In this document: positions 32,720-42,229 of the stretch, piece after piece
How the letters are laid out: each line of letters opens with the position of its first letter
Position numbering within the stretch: position 1 is the stretch's first letter
Origin: Diplonema japonicum
Lineage: Eukaryota; Protista; Euglenozoa: Diplonemea
Direction: 5' to 3'
Length of the DNA: 64,000 nucleotides
Assembly: GCA_964019335.1 (NCBI GenBank)
Contig: OZ025648.1
Span: 248,001-312,000 of the forward strand
Program-made: the position numbers and the translations under genes
The notes under the pieces: generated by a model
The model's input: the letters and a program-made list of their open reading frames with translations, nothing else
Told to the model about the DNA's origin: nothing
Databases searched by the model: none

Positions 32720-34363
32720 TCACCTGTTCAGAAACTCCTCCGCAGATATGATCTTCTGTTCTAGCATGTTTCGTAGCTTGTCCTCCACAGGGGCCTTCTC
32801 CATGCCGAGGTGCATCCTTTGTACGATCCTGCTTGTTATGGCATCTTCAATCACGAAGTTCAGCTGCTTACGCTTGGGCCTTACCTGTGGGAGGACTGCT
32901 GTGATAGACGACGGCTCTGATGAAGCGTCCAACGTGTTGAACGGCTCCCTAGGAGACCCCTGCCTTGTGTATTGCCATATTGAGAGCTCGAACAGTGAGG
33001 GCTTCCCCGACCGAAGAGCAGCAGCCACCGCAGGGGGCCCCTCTTCTCTCTGAAACGCGACTTCTTCAGGGTATGCTGTCAAGCATCCCTCTATTACTTT
33101 GGTCAGCAGTGCGGATAACCCGACTTCCGTGAAGAAAAACTCCTGAAGCGGGTCGATGAAGCACCTCTCGAGCTGCAGGACGATGCTTAACTTGTGCGCC
33201 ACGTGGTGGCTCAGAACCGTGGATTTGTTCCCTTTCCGTAGGTAGCTTGCGACCTCTGCGATGCTGCTTGCCACCGTCCACTGCCTGTTCACAGCTGACG
33301 GCGGTGTGAAGAGCCTTGTAATGCCGTACGGCCCGCCCTGCATAGCAAGCGACACACGGAGATCATCGATCTGTCCCAACCAACCACTGCTGAAGAAGGC
33401 TTCCAGCAACCGTGGGCCAGAGGAGGTGGCAGATGTTATTTTAGCTTGCGGGCCGACTACAACAGCAGTTGTGCCTCGAACACGGAGAGTGAAACCGGAG
33501 TAGACGGCTTCTCGAAGCGAAGGGTTTCTGAGCGGCCCGGAACAGGTTGGGTAAGGCGGCAACGAGACAGCAAGTATACACACAGTGGACACAACGCTTA
33601 GAACTGCGCAACGAGAGTCGTAAGCCCTTAGGTGTGAAGATGGAATGGATCGCATGGCGAAAACGCGTGCTGGACGTGATTGGAGCTGCCTGCCTGGGAA
33701 GTTGGCGCTTTTCCATCCAACCGGCCAGACGCTGGTCGTCGTGCTCATGGAAATTGAAAGCTGTGTACGTTCATTGCTACGAAGAGGTGCCCTGACTGCC
33801 ACCAGCCTATCCGCATGTTGTCTGTCTGCGTCGACTAGCATGACGGACAGCTTCTTGTTGACGATGTACTCCGCTGTGCACACAGCAGCATGCACACCGC
33901 ACAACGACAGGACCCCAAGCAGCGTGCTGTTCTTCTTCAATATGCTAGCGCCCACCCACTGCCGCTTCTCCTTTCGATGCAAACTATGGCATGCGAAGTT
34001 GAAAGAAATCCCGGACGACATTGGATAGGGCTCATGCGCCCTTTGGCGCTGTTCCGTTGTCGGCAGCGAGACGCATTCTCTCACATCTCTCACAAATTCC
34101 TTCTCCTTCCTCCTTGTGGGCAGCTTTATCTGCGGTTTGTTTTGGTGCCTTTTTACGCATAATGACGACCCGCCAACTACCTTCACACCCACCATACTGT
34201 GCTCCGTGCACAGTGCGTCGATCTGCCCTTCGGAGACGACTTTCTTGTTCCGCCTGGCTTGCTTCTTCGGAAGACGAAGGTCTGTCCAGTTCATGGGCGT
34301 GACTGTGTGCAAGACATCCAACGCAAGCATTGCCATCTTTGTCGTGTAATCCTGTGGCTGCAA
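32720..34363 (-). CDS. Hypothetical protein (547-aa ORF; may hide in-frame introns)
   Basis: Long open frame with coding-like composition on the cluster strand; no motif recognised. Confidence 0.55.
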   Translation of the reverse strand: MQPQDYTTKMAMLALDVLHTVTPMNWTDLRLPKKQARRNKKVVSEGQIDALCTEHSMVGVKVVGGSSLCVKRHQNKPQIKLPTRRKEKEFVRDVRECVSLPTTEQRQRAHEPYPMSSGISFNFACHSLHRKEKRQWVGASILKKNSTLLGVLSLCGVHAAVCTAEYIVNKKLSVMLVDADRQHADRLVAVRAPLRSNERTQLSISMSTTTSVWPVGWKSANFPGRQLQSRPARVFAMRSIPSSHLRAYDSRCAVLSVVSTVCILAVSLPPYPTCSGPLRNPSLREAVYSGFTLRVRGTTAVVVGPQAKITSATSSGPRLLEAFFSSGWLGQIDDLRVSLAMQGGPYGITRLFTPPSAVNRQWTVASSIAEVASYLRKGNKSTVLSHHVAHKLSIVLQLERCFIDPLQEFFFTEVGLSALLTKVIEGCLTAYPEEVAFQREEGPPAVAAALRSGKPSLFELSIWQYTRQGSPREPFNTLDASSEPSSITAVLPQVRPKRKQLNFVIEDAITSRIVQRMHLGMEKAPVEDKLRNMLEQKIISAEEFLNR

Positions 34364-34392
34364 TAGGAATTGGCATCACGGCTAATAATGGT

Positions 34393-34809
34393 TCAAGCCT
34401 GTTTCACCCACTTCCCAGGAAAGCGGAGGGATATCACCCCCGCCGCAGAGCCTAGAATAATGCCCGGGAAAGAGGCACCCAAGACTGGGATTGGCCAACG
34501 CTGCCACCACACATCCCAGTCCAACGGGATCACAACCGCGGAGGTCCACATCAAGAACAAAAGCGTCCATGTGTACAATGCAGCAGCTCGCTCGCTTTTG
34601 TTTTCCCACGCTGCCCGGACAAGCACTCGGTGCCACCGCTCCTCCTGCCATCCTCCCAATAGAGACACTAAAGGTACACCAGTTGCAACCCCCACCCACA
34701 CAGCAAAACCGAAGGTTGCCTCCACATCGGACATGAAGGGGGCACCTAAGAGAACGAAACAGCAGTAGCTCGCCAAGCTACACACAGACACCACCTTCAC
34801 CGTCTCCAT
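34393..34809 (-). CDS. PIGF: GPI biosynthesis protein PIG-F/Gpi11
   Basis: VLLGAP and the signature VIPLDWDVWWQRWPIP within a small multi-TM protein; start at METVK assumed. Confidence 0.88.
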   Translation of the reverse strand: METVKVVSVCSLASYCCFVLLGAPFMSDVEATFGFAVWVGVATGVPLVSLLGGWQEERWHRVLVRAAWENKSERAAALYTWTLLFLMWTSAVVIPLDWDVWWQRWPIPVLGASFPGIILGSAAGVISLRFPGKWVKQA

Positions 34810-34917
34810 ATTCTTTTTGTCGCCTGTAGTGACAGTGGTGAAGCGGATCTTTGATGTTAGAGTATACAAGAGTTTTAAAGATATGAGAGATTGTGGGTCA
34901 ACAGATGCCACAGGTAG

Positions 34918-35904
34918 CTAGCCCTTTGTGAACCTATTGTGCACTTCACCCACTGGTTTCCCTTCCAAATCCGCCACCTTGCCTATCATGCTTTCTGCGT
35001 CGTCCTTCGTTTCATTATAGACATGTAGTGCTGTGATGTAGTTGCTGACTTTTACGTACTTCTGCAGAGCTGTGGTCACTTGGTTTGTCTTTGTAAGCAG
35101 TTGTTGCAGCGCAGAGACTGTTATTCCTCGCAAGGCACTGTCGCTGGGCCACGATTTCACCTCACTAGTGTAGTCTCTGTAAACGGTCATGGGGTGCACG
35201 GCTTTACTTACTGTTTGAACCTTTCTCCTTTTCCCCCCTTCAACACCCTTTGCCGCTGCTCGTTTCTTCCCTGCTTCAGAGGGTTTATTAGTTCTTTTAG
35301 CGTTGGGCTTCTGGGGGACTTTCTTCGCAGGTTGTTTTTTAGCAGGTTTTTCCTTTTGGCCGGGTTTCTTTGGAAGACTGCCGTCCGGCTCAGGGGGATT
35401 CGATGGTTTCTTCCTGGGTTTCTCTTTCGGCAGCCCTGCTGTTTCAGTAGCTTTGCAGAAGGGGGTTTTGTTCTTCTTAGGTTTGTCTTTCAGTGGCTCT
35501 GCAGAAGGGGGTTTGGAAACATTCTTCGTGGGCTTAGATATGGGTTTCCTTTGAGGAAGGGGCACTACAGGCCTCTTTGTAGCAACTGGGGGTGCTGGGG
35601 CTTCTTCTATTGATTCGTCTGACTCAGAGAGGTAAGCCAAGATATCAGCGAACCCTGTGTCGCTTGCAACTATGTGTGTTGCCGCCTCATCAATGACCAC
35701 CCCAGCACGCTGACGTTTCATGGAAGTTCTGCCCCGCCTCCTTTCGTTCTCAGTTTTGAACTCCGACGCCGTTCGAAAGCGCTGCTGCGCCGTGAGGGGC
35801 TGGAAAGCCACCTTAGCAGGTACTGGCGCTTCAGGTATGTTGACCATGAAAGCAGAGAAAAAAGCATCCATTGCCATGGGATGGGACGGGGCCACCCTGT
35901 ACAT
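34918..35904 (-). CDS. Hypothetical Lys/Pro-rich protein
   Basis: ORF 34918..35994; first plausible ATG after the T-tract at 35904; NLS-like basic clusters. Confidence 0.6.
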   Translation of the reverse strand: MYRVAPSHPMAMDAFFSAFMVNIPEAPVPAKVAFQPLTAQQRFRTASEFKTENERRRGRTSMKRQRAGVVIDEAATHIVASDTGFADILAYLSESDESIEEAPAPPVATKRPVVPLPQRKPISKPTKNVSKPPSAEPLKDKPKKNKTPFCKATETAGLPKEKPRKKPSNPPEPDGSLPKKPGQKEKPAKKQPAKKVPQKPNAKRTNKPSEAGKKRAAAKGVEGGKRRKVQTVSKAVHPMTVYRDYTSEVKSWPSDSALRGITVSALQQLLTKTNQVTTALQKYVKVSNYITALHVYNETKDDAESMIGKVADLEGKPVGEVHNRFTKG

Positions 35905-36027
35905 AAATTTTAAAAAGAAAACAAAACAAAAAAAAAAACAAAAAAAAAAAAACAAATCAACCATATTACGTGTAAATTTTCTTTTTTTATTCATTTTTTG
36001 TTGTTTTTTTTTTTTTTTTTCTTGGTA

Positions 36028-36912
36028 TTACAATAAAATGCATTCGCAATCTCTGTCCCGTTTGGTCCGCTCAGACTTGGCAGTGTTCAGGTTGTACCGC
36101 AGGATGCCCATGTCGTCTTGCGTGGATTTCAAATCGGGTTCTCGATTGTTGTTTGAAATTGCCGCCATGTCCCAGGCTTTCGCTTGGTAAGAACAGTGGG
36201 CGGTTGTGTACATAGCTTGGGTAGCACTTATCTTCCCGCGAAGCTCGAGCTCTTCTTTTTCCAACCGGCGGACCTCGTCTGAGATCATAGCAGAGGCAGC
36301 CTTCACCTGACGAAGACCATTGGTGAGCTTCTGCGTTTCAGATAACTTGTTCAACGAGGCCTGGGTGATAAAGGAACGGGGGGAAGGGAGGGAACTGATG
36401 CATCGTTCAACAGACAATCCGTCATCGTCGGAGTTAACAGAAGACGAAAATGTATTAACATAATTCGTAGTAACCGACTGTTCCGACGGGGTGGATGGGG
36501 TGGCATACTGCAGATGCAGTTTGAGCTTCACAAGCGCGAAGACATCGAGGCTTCCATAATTCTTCCACTTGTTCAGCTTGAGGTCAGATTCAATAGGTTT
36601 CCCGATTCTGAACCCGGATTTCAGTAAAATCTTCGCCGCTGCCAGTTGGACCGGAACCTCATTGTTGACCACGCTGCACAATGCCACCCGCAGCGTGCTT
36701 CCTATGCTCACATTTTGCACTAGAAAATGCCTCTTTCCCTCTACCACACCGCTCTCAACCGGTTTAGCCTCCGTGCACCCCGTGTTGTTCCCCAACCTCC
36801 ACGCGATCATGAATTTCATGTTCACTGGTATGGCGTTCCTGTCCTTGCCTCCCATTACTATGGAACGGGTCGTGATCTTCGTATTCAGAAGAGGAGGGCT
36901 GGGGTGGTCCAT
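36028..36912 (-). CDS. Hypothetical protein with C2-like N-terminus, coiled coil and C-terminal CaaX (CECILL)
   Basis: 294-aa ORF ending KRDRDCECILL*. Confidence 0.65.
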   Translation of the reverse strand: MDHPSPPLLNTKITTRSIVMGGKDRNAIPVNMKFMIAWRLGNNTGCTEAKPVESGVVEGKRHFLVQNVSIGSTLRVALCSVVNNEVPVQLAAAKILLKSGFRIGKPIESDLKLNKWKNYGSLDVFALVKLKLHLQYATPSTPSEQSVTTNYVNTFSSSVNSDDDGLSVERCISSLPSPRSFITQASLNKLSETQKLTNGLRQVKAASAMISDEVRRLEKEELELRGKISATQAMYTTAHCSYQAKAWDMAAISNNNREPDLKSTQDDMGILRYNLNTAKSERTKRDRDCECILL

Positions 36913-37062
36913 GATATCTGCTTTCTTTTCTTTCCTCTTCCCCCCCCTTTGAGAAAAAAATATTGCTGTCCGGAAAAAAAATCTTTTTTTCTTCTGAGTT
37001 AAAAAAGCGACCTGTCATAAGGGCAACCTTTTCGTTTGTATACATGAGGGGTTTTCTAAATG

Positions 37063-37093
<31 letters not shown>

Positions 37094-38351
37094 TCCCCTC
37101 TTTTTTCCCCTCCATACTGTCGGAGTGCACGCGTCTCGATCTCCGCATTTCTGGTGTTGGCATGACAGCACAGGGCCGTGGGCGATTTTGTGCAGCGACT
37201 TGCACAGGGTTTCAAAGTCTTCCAAGGATTTTATCGATCCACTTGCTTCATAGCATTTTGTGTTGTCACCGGACATAGCAGAAGCTACACTCAAGTACCC
37301 CATTATTGTTCCCCTCCCCGTGTAAATGTGTTCCCTCCCCCCTTTCTTTTCTTTTCTTTTCTTTTTTTTCCCCCTCCCCATTAAATCTTTATTTATTTCG
37401 ATGCGAAACAAAAGAAAAAAACACATTTTTTTTGGGGGGGGGAGAGGTGTGAAAGATCAACCCCCGTGCACGAAGCAAAGCTGGTGAAGACCGCCAGAAT
37501 GAACATACAACTGATGGACGTGGATAGCCTTTCCCTTGACACAAGCTCTGTTTCCCAATGGAGGTATGGAGGCATAGCCCCCCCTGACTGAAAAGAACGA
37601 AAGGGACAAATTCCCAAGCGTACAAGAGTTAGAAAATAAGAATAGGAATGGGGGAAAAAAAGGGGGGGGGGAGGGGGAGATGGATGGGAGAACAAAAAAA
37701 AAAAGAAAAAAAAAAACACACTTTTACTTTTTTTTTTGCCGCGTTATCGTTGGGGGAAAAAAAATCGTTTTTTCTTTTTTTTTTTTAAAAAAAAGTCGCG
37801 AGGCGGTCCCATCCAGGGATCCTTTTTTTTTTTTCCTTTTTTTTTTTTTTTTTTTCCTTTTTTTTTTTTTGAAATCAACTTGAAAAAAAAAGCTTGTTCT
37901 TATTTCAGTGCGGCATTTTTAACTGTATCTACCCTGGCGTAATTCAAGAAAGCGCATAATCTTTTACAAGGGGCGGTGTTTTTTTTTTTTTTTTTTGCTT
38001 GTTGTTAATTAAAATAATCATCTCGGTTTGAGACGAGAAGAAAAAAAAGGGGGGGTAAAAAAAGAGGACAAAGCCTAAAATTATTATCACTCCATAAAGA
38101 TGCCTTTGGGCAGCCCTTCCCCTCCCCTTCCCCCCATCTCTTCTTCCCTCTATCTCGAAGGGGAAAAAAAAAAAGGAACAAAGAAATTCGTCGCGGATAG
38201 AAAACTAATTTAGCGTTCCATTTCTTTTTTTTTTCTCCCCCTCGTGTGCACGAGCGATATTTCTTTTCTTTTTTTTTTCTTTTTTACTTCTACCCAAGAA
38301 TTAAAAAAATTGCTCGTTGTGCTGCCAACAAGGCATTTATATGTATTTATT

Positions 38352-38389
<38 letters not shown>

Positions 38390-38545
38390 CTTGCGTTTAT
38401 TACTTTCTCCCAGCTACCCCCTTCCCCCTTTCCTTCCTCCTTTAAAAAAAAATGGTGATATCTAGCCACACGCAGGGTAGCGCAACCGGGGGAAAAGAAT
38501 CTTTTCATTTTCTTTATTTAAAAAAAAAAAAATTCTTTTTTAACA

Positions 38546-38786
38546 TCAATCACTCTTGTCCTTCCTGATGATAAGCTCCGGCTTTGGTCTCGGAACCTGT
38601 TGCTGCTGCTGCTCCGGAGCTTCCTCATCGTTAATCTCAACGGAGATGTCCTTTTGATCATCTTGCTGATCGAAAAGGTTTTCTTCAACAGCCGGGTGGG
38701 GCGCATTTGCCGCGGCTAAGGGGTTGCCGTTGACGGTGTTCTCTTCCTGCTCGTCCAGACCAGCAAAGATGTCCTGGAAGTATTTT

Positions 38787-38817
<31 letters not shown>

Positions 38818-40249
38818 TCCAAACCTCTTCTCCCGCTGCCCCGTCATCATCCTCTGCACCAAGCTCAATTGAGTACAGCAACCTTGCAGACAGCTCGGAG
38901 GGCCTCCACAACACCATCAAGCACACCAACAAACATTCAAACAAAATGGCGTCCGACCCGTAAAGAATCCACCAACCCTCCCACGTCCTCTCCACAGTGT
39001 CCCTGCTCGTCGTCGAAAAAGCAATCACCACCACAATCAAAAAGATGAACGACACCACTATGTACCCAGCAACTAAGATAAACAGGTTCAGGTAAAGCGA
39101 CTGCTTCGTCTTCTGCTTCTCCGCCTTCAGCTTATCGATAGTAACGGACAGCTTGTTAACAACATAAAGGTAAATGAACAATGTGACGACGGACTGGATG
39201 CCTTCCACACCCTTTTGGTTCAGGGTGTCCCTTGGGTCATATGTGAAGGAAGTCGCACACACTAATATGTAAATAGCAGTAATCCCTGCAATGTACAGAA
39301 TACCCGATTCCCTCAGTGAAGCATGCAGCGTACGGTACCCATGAACAAGAAGAAGCAACGAGAAGCACCACATTATCTTCCTCAGTGCCGCCATTGTAAC
39401 AGCAAGATATCTCTCCGAAAGAGCGTCGCCACCATCTTCATTGACACTGTGCAAGAACAACCACATCGCGAACTGTTCTAAGACACAGATGGCTACCATG
39501 ATGCCCAATGCAAAGTGTACCAGAGTGGAATACTCGCTTCTTAATGCGCAGAGACCCGCCCAGCATGCTAGCAAGATTATTAAAAACACCATGTTGAAGA
39601 GGTGGAACTGCAGGTATGAGTAATGAAGGCTGGAGAGGTGTCCTGTTGGTGATATGAACTGAACGCTGCCCTCGCCTTTGTAGAAGATACCCATGGGTAC
39701 TGGAGAGTAGGTGTTGTCGCACATTACAAAGGTTGCGATCCATAAGTCGGAGTGTACTAAGGGGAAGCCTTCGTCGAACGTCATGGCTGTCAGCGTTGCT
39801 CTTTTGGCTTCGATCATCACGCTGCGGTCTTTTATCGCTGCTTGGAACCTACTGTCGTTCGCTACTGACGGCGACAGAAATTTGCATATTGTCTGGTCGC
39901 TGCTTCCTCCGCCGTTCTTCTCCACGATGTCCACCAGCTCCTTTTCCACTTGTGACGTGTGGTATATTAACGCCATCTGGTAGTCCCCCGGTTTGAACCC
40001 CGATGCTGGGTTCTGATTCCTCACTATTCTCATGTTTGCTTTGGCATACGCCGGGCAGTCTTTGTATTCCTTCTCGCACGCCTCGCCCTTGATGCCGATG
40101 GTGAAGTACGGCAGCACTCTTAACGGGGGGTCGTAGTACGTGCTCATTCCTTTCGTCACCATCCCCACGTAGGACCCTGCCTTCCACACCTCAGAAGCAC
40201 ACGGCTGCAGAACTAGCAGTATTATAAAGAGGCATTGCAGTGTATTCAT
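38546..40249 (-). CDS. GOST/Lung-7TM family (GPR107/TMEM87-like) seven-transmembrane protein
   Basis: Signal peptide MNTLQCLFII..., lumenal domain, GHLSS, seven hydrophobic helices, K..LY and LWRPS motifs; in-frame intron 38774..38824. Confidence 0.8.
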
Positions 40250-40688
40250 TTTTCTTTCTTTTTTTTTTTTTCTAGAATTCTTCTTTTTTTTTTTTAAGCC
40301 ACTACAGGACCATGAGGAAATATGTGTCCTTAAGAAAAAAATTCTCATAGAAAAAAAAAAAAAAAAAAAATCTTCAGGACCCAATGTTGGAACAAAATCG
40401 ACATCTGCGAAAAAAAGAGAAGAGTTTTTTAAGGTGAACGTATATCGGTTATAGGCCGTCAACGCAACCCCTCTGCCAGAAATAAAATAAATGAGAAGGA
40501 GCTAGGTCGACCCTCTCCCCGGCTTGAACTCATCAGCGAACCCGAAGCCGGTTCAGCGGAGACCGTCAAGCTTCACAAGGTCATGACCCCCCGTTCCACT
40601 ATCTGGCGGCCCTTGCTCACCCTCCCTTCTAAATCTTTCGTTGAACATTCAAAAAAAAAAGAAGGGAAATAAAAAAAAGAAAAACTGG

Positions 40689-42131
40689 TCAGCTCAACAC
40701 AACGTGCGCGGATGTGAGAGATGTGGCAAGGGAGTCCGAGTGAATGGGCTTGAGCCCTCCGCTGGAGGTTCGTGTTGGGTTGCGTGGGGACTGTTTCAGC
40801 ATGGACTCCATTTGCGCATCGGTGTACTTCAGTGTTCGCCAGCGGGACTTCAAAGACGCAGTGACTCGCTGTGCCTTTCCGGTGTCGCCTATGTCACGGT
40901 AGAGACGGAGGAGAGGGAGTTGAAAGGAGGCCGAAGTTCGGATGTGCTTGAGGGACCCCTTCAGAGTAGTATCAAGGTGTTCGGCTTTAGAGACGTCACG
41001 TGCTGCAGTATAGACACGAAGCATCTGTGTGTAGACAGGTCCAAAGCCATGCGAGCTGCCCGTGATTGCTTTCTTAAAGCACTTCTCTGCATTCTGAACG
41101 TAAATATCATCCTTCTCTTGCACACGTATGGCACATGCAGACAGGTACAGCGCGTAGCTGTGTGACGACAGCGGTACCTTTGCATCGACACGTTCCCACA
41201 ACAGCCTGTCCATGCCCTCGTACTGCCCCGTCTCGCGGTATACGGCCAGCAGTGCATCGTACTGTTGCGTCGTGGGGCCTAATGACTCTGCTTCTGCTTC
41301 TGCAATGAGCCTTTCGGCTTCTATTACAGCCTGTTTCGGGTCGGGCTCCCTCATGCACGCGGCTAACATCGAGACGTAGTGGGTGGGCTTCAAGGCGATG
41401 TTTCGGTGTTTCATGTCTTTGACGTATTTTCTTGCGTCCGCTGGGCCGTTAGCTGCTGCGAGGACCTTGTCGTACGTGATGTCGATGGGCGACAGGCCGC
41501 AAGCGAGGAGGGCCTTCAGCGTCTCGGCAACCATGTCCCACTCTTTTCTTTTAAGATACAGTGTCATCACAGCGTTGTAGGTGTAGATGTCGGGTTGGAC
41601 CCCATCGGCTCGCATCATTCTGCGGACGGCCCACATCTTGTCGAGTTTACCGAAGTTGGCAAGTGTTTGAAGGCACGCATTGTAGACACGTACACCTGGT
41701 GCAAGATCGAGAGAATGCATCTTAGTAGGAAGAGATGTCAGCATAGAGCCCGTGACGCCAGCACGTGCAAGCAGCTCAGCATACGTAGTGTACGTAAGCA
41801 CACCTGCTACTCTGCAGCCTTCTAGCTGTGCAAGGTCCATAGCCAGTCTGCGTAAGAGAGGCGTCCGCTCTGTCACATTAACAGGCCGTCCTGGGCTGTC
41901 GTAATGCTTGCGTATCCTGCTGTTGTAATTGCTATGCAAGTACTCGCTTCCCTCGTTATCTGACCACCTGTCTACGACGCCCAATTCAGGGAGAACAGGC
42001 AGTTTATCCACACCAGTGTACCCATGCTGCACGACTCGATTCTCTCCTTGTAGAACTAGTCTTCCTCCATACCTCTTCGCCAAAGGTGCTGCCCTGAGTT
42101 TCAGGATGGGTCTGAGAGTAGCTGCACGCAT
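40689..42131 (-). CDS. Pentatricopeptide-repeat (PPR) protein, probably mitochondrial
   Basis: Arg-rich N-terminal presequence; 35-aa repeats (VRVYNACLQ, PDIYTYNAVM, PIDITYDKVL, PTTQQYDALL). Confidence 0.88.
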   Translation of the reverse strand: MRAATLRPILKLRAAPLAKRYGGRLVLQGENRVVQHGYTGVDKLPVLPELGVVDRWSDNEGSEYLHSNYNSRIRKHYDSPGRPVNVTERTPLLRRLAMDLAQLEGCRVAGVLTYTTYAELLARAGVTGSMLTSLPTKMHSLDLAPGVRVYNACLQTLANFGKLDKMWAVRRMMRADGVQPDIYTYNAVMTLYLKRKEWDMVAETLKALLACGLSPIDITYDKVLAAANGPADARKYVKDMKHRNIALKPTHYVSMLAACMREPDPKQAVIEAERLIAEAEAESLGPTTQQYDALLAVYRETGQYEGMDRLLWERVDAKVPLSSHSYALYLSACAIRVQEKDDIYVQNAEKCFKKAITGSSHGFGPVYTQMLRVYTAARDVSKAEHLDTTLKGSLKHIRTSASFQLPLLRLYRDIGDTGKAQRVTASLKSRWRTLKYTDAQMESMLKQSPRNPTRTSSGGLKPIHSDSLATSLTSAHVVLS

Positions 42132-42229
42132 TTTTTCAACAGCTGCACGTTAAAGCATGTCTCTGTGTGCATGTGAGAAGATAAAGGGCAAAAAAGCAAA
42201 ACTTAAAGAAAAATACCGCTCTAAAGACT

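Noticed and set aside
40500-40572. Hammerhead ribozyme (CTGATGAG) or SECIS element
   Set aside because: No GAAA core or three-stem junction for a hammerhead; no apical AA, and no selenoprotein-like in-frame TGA in the upstream PPR gene, for SECIS.
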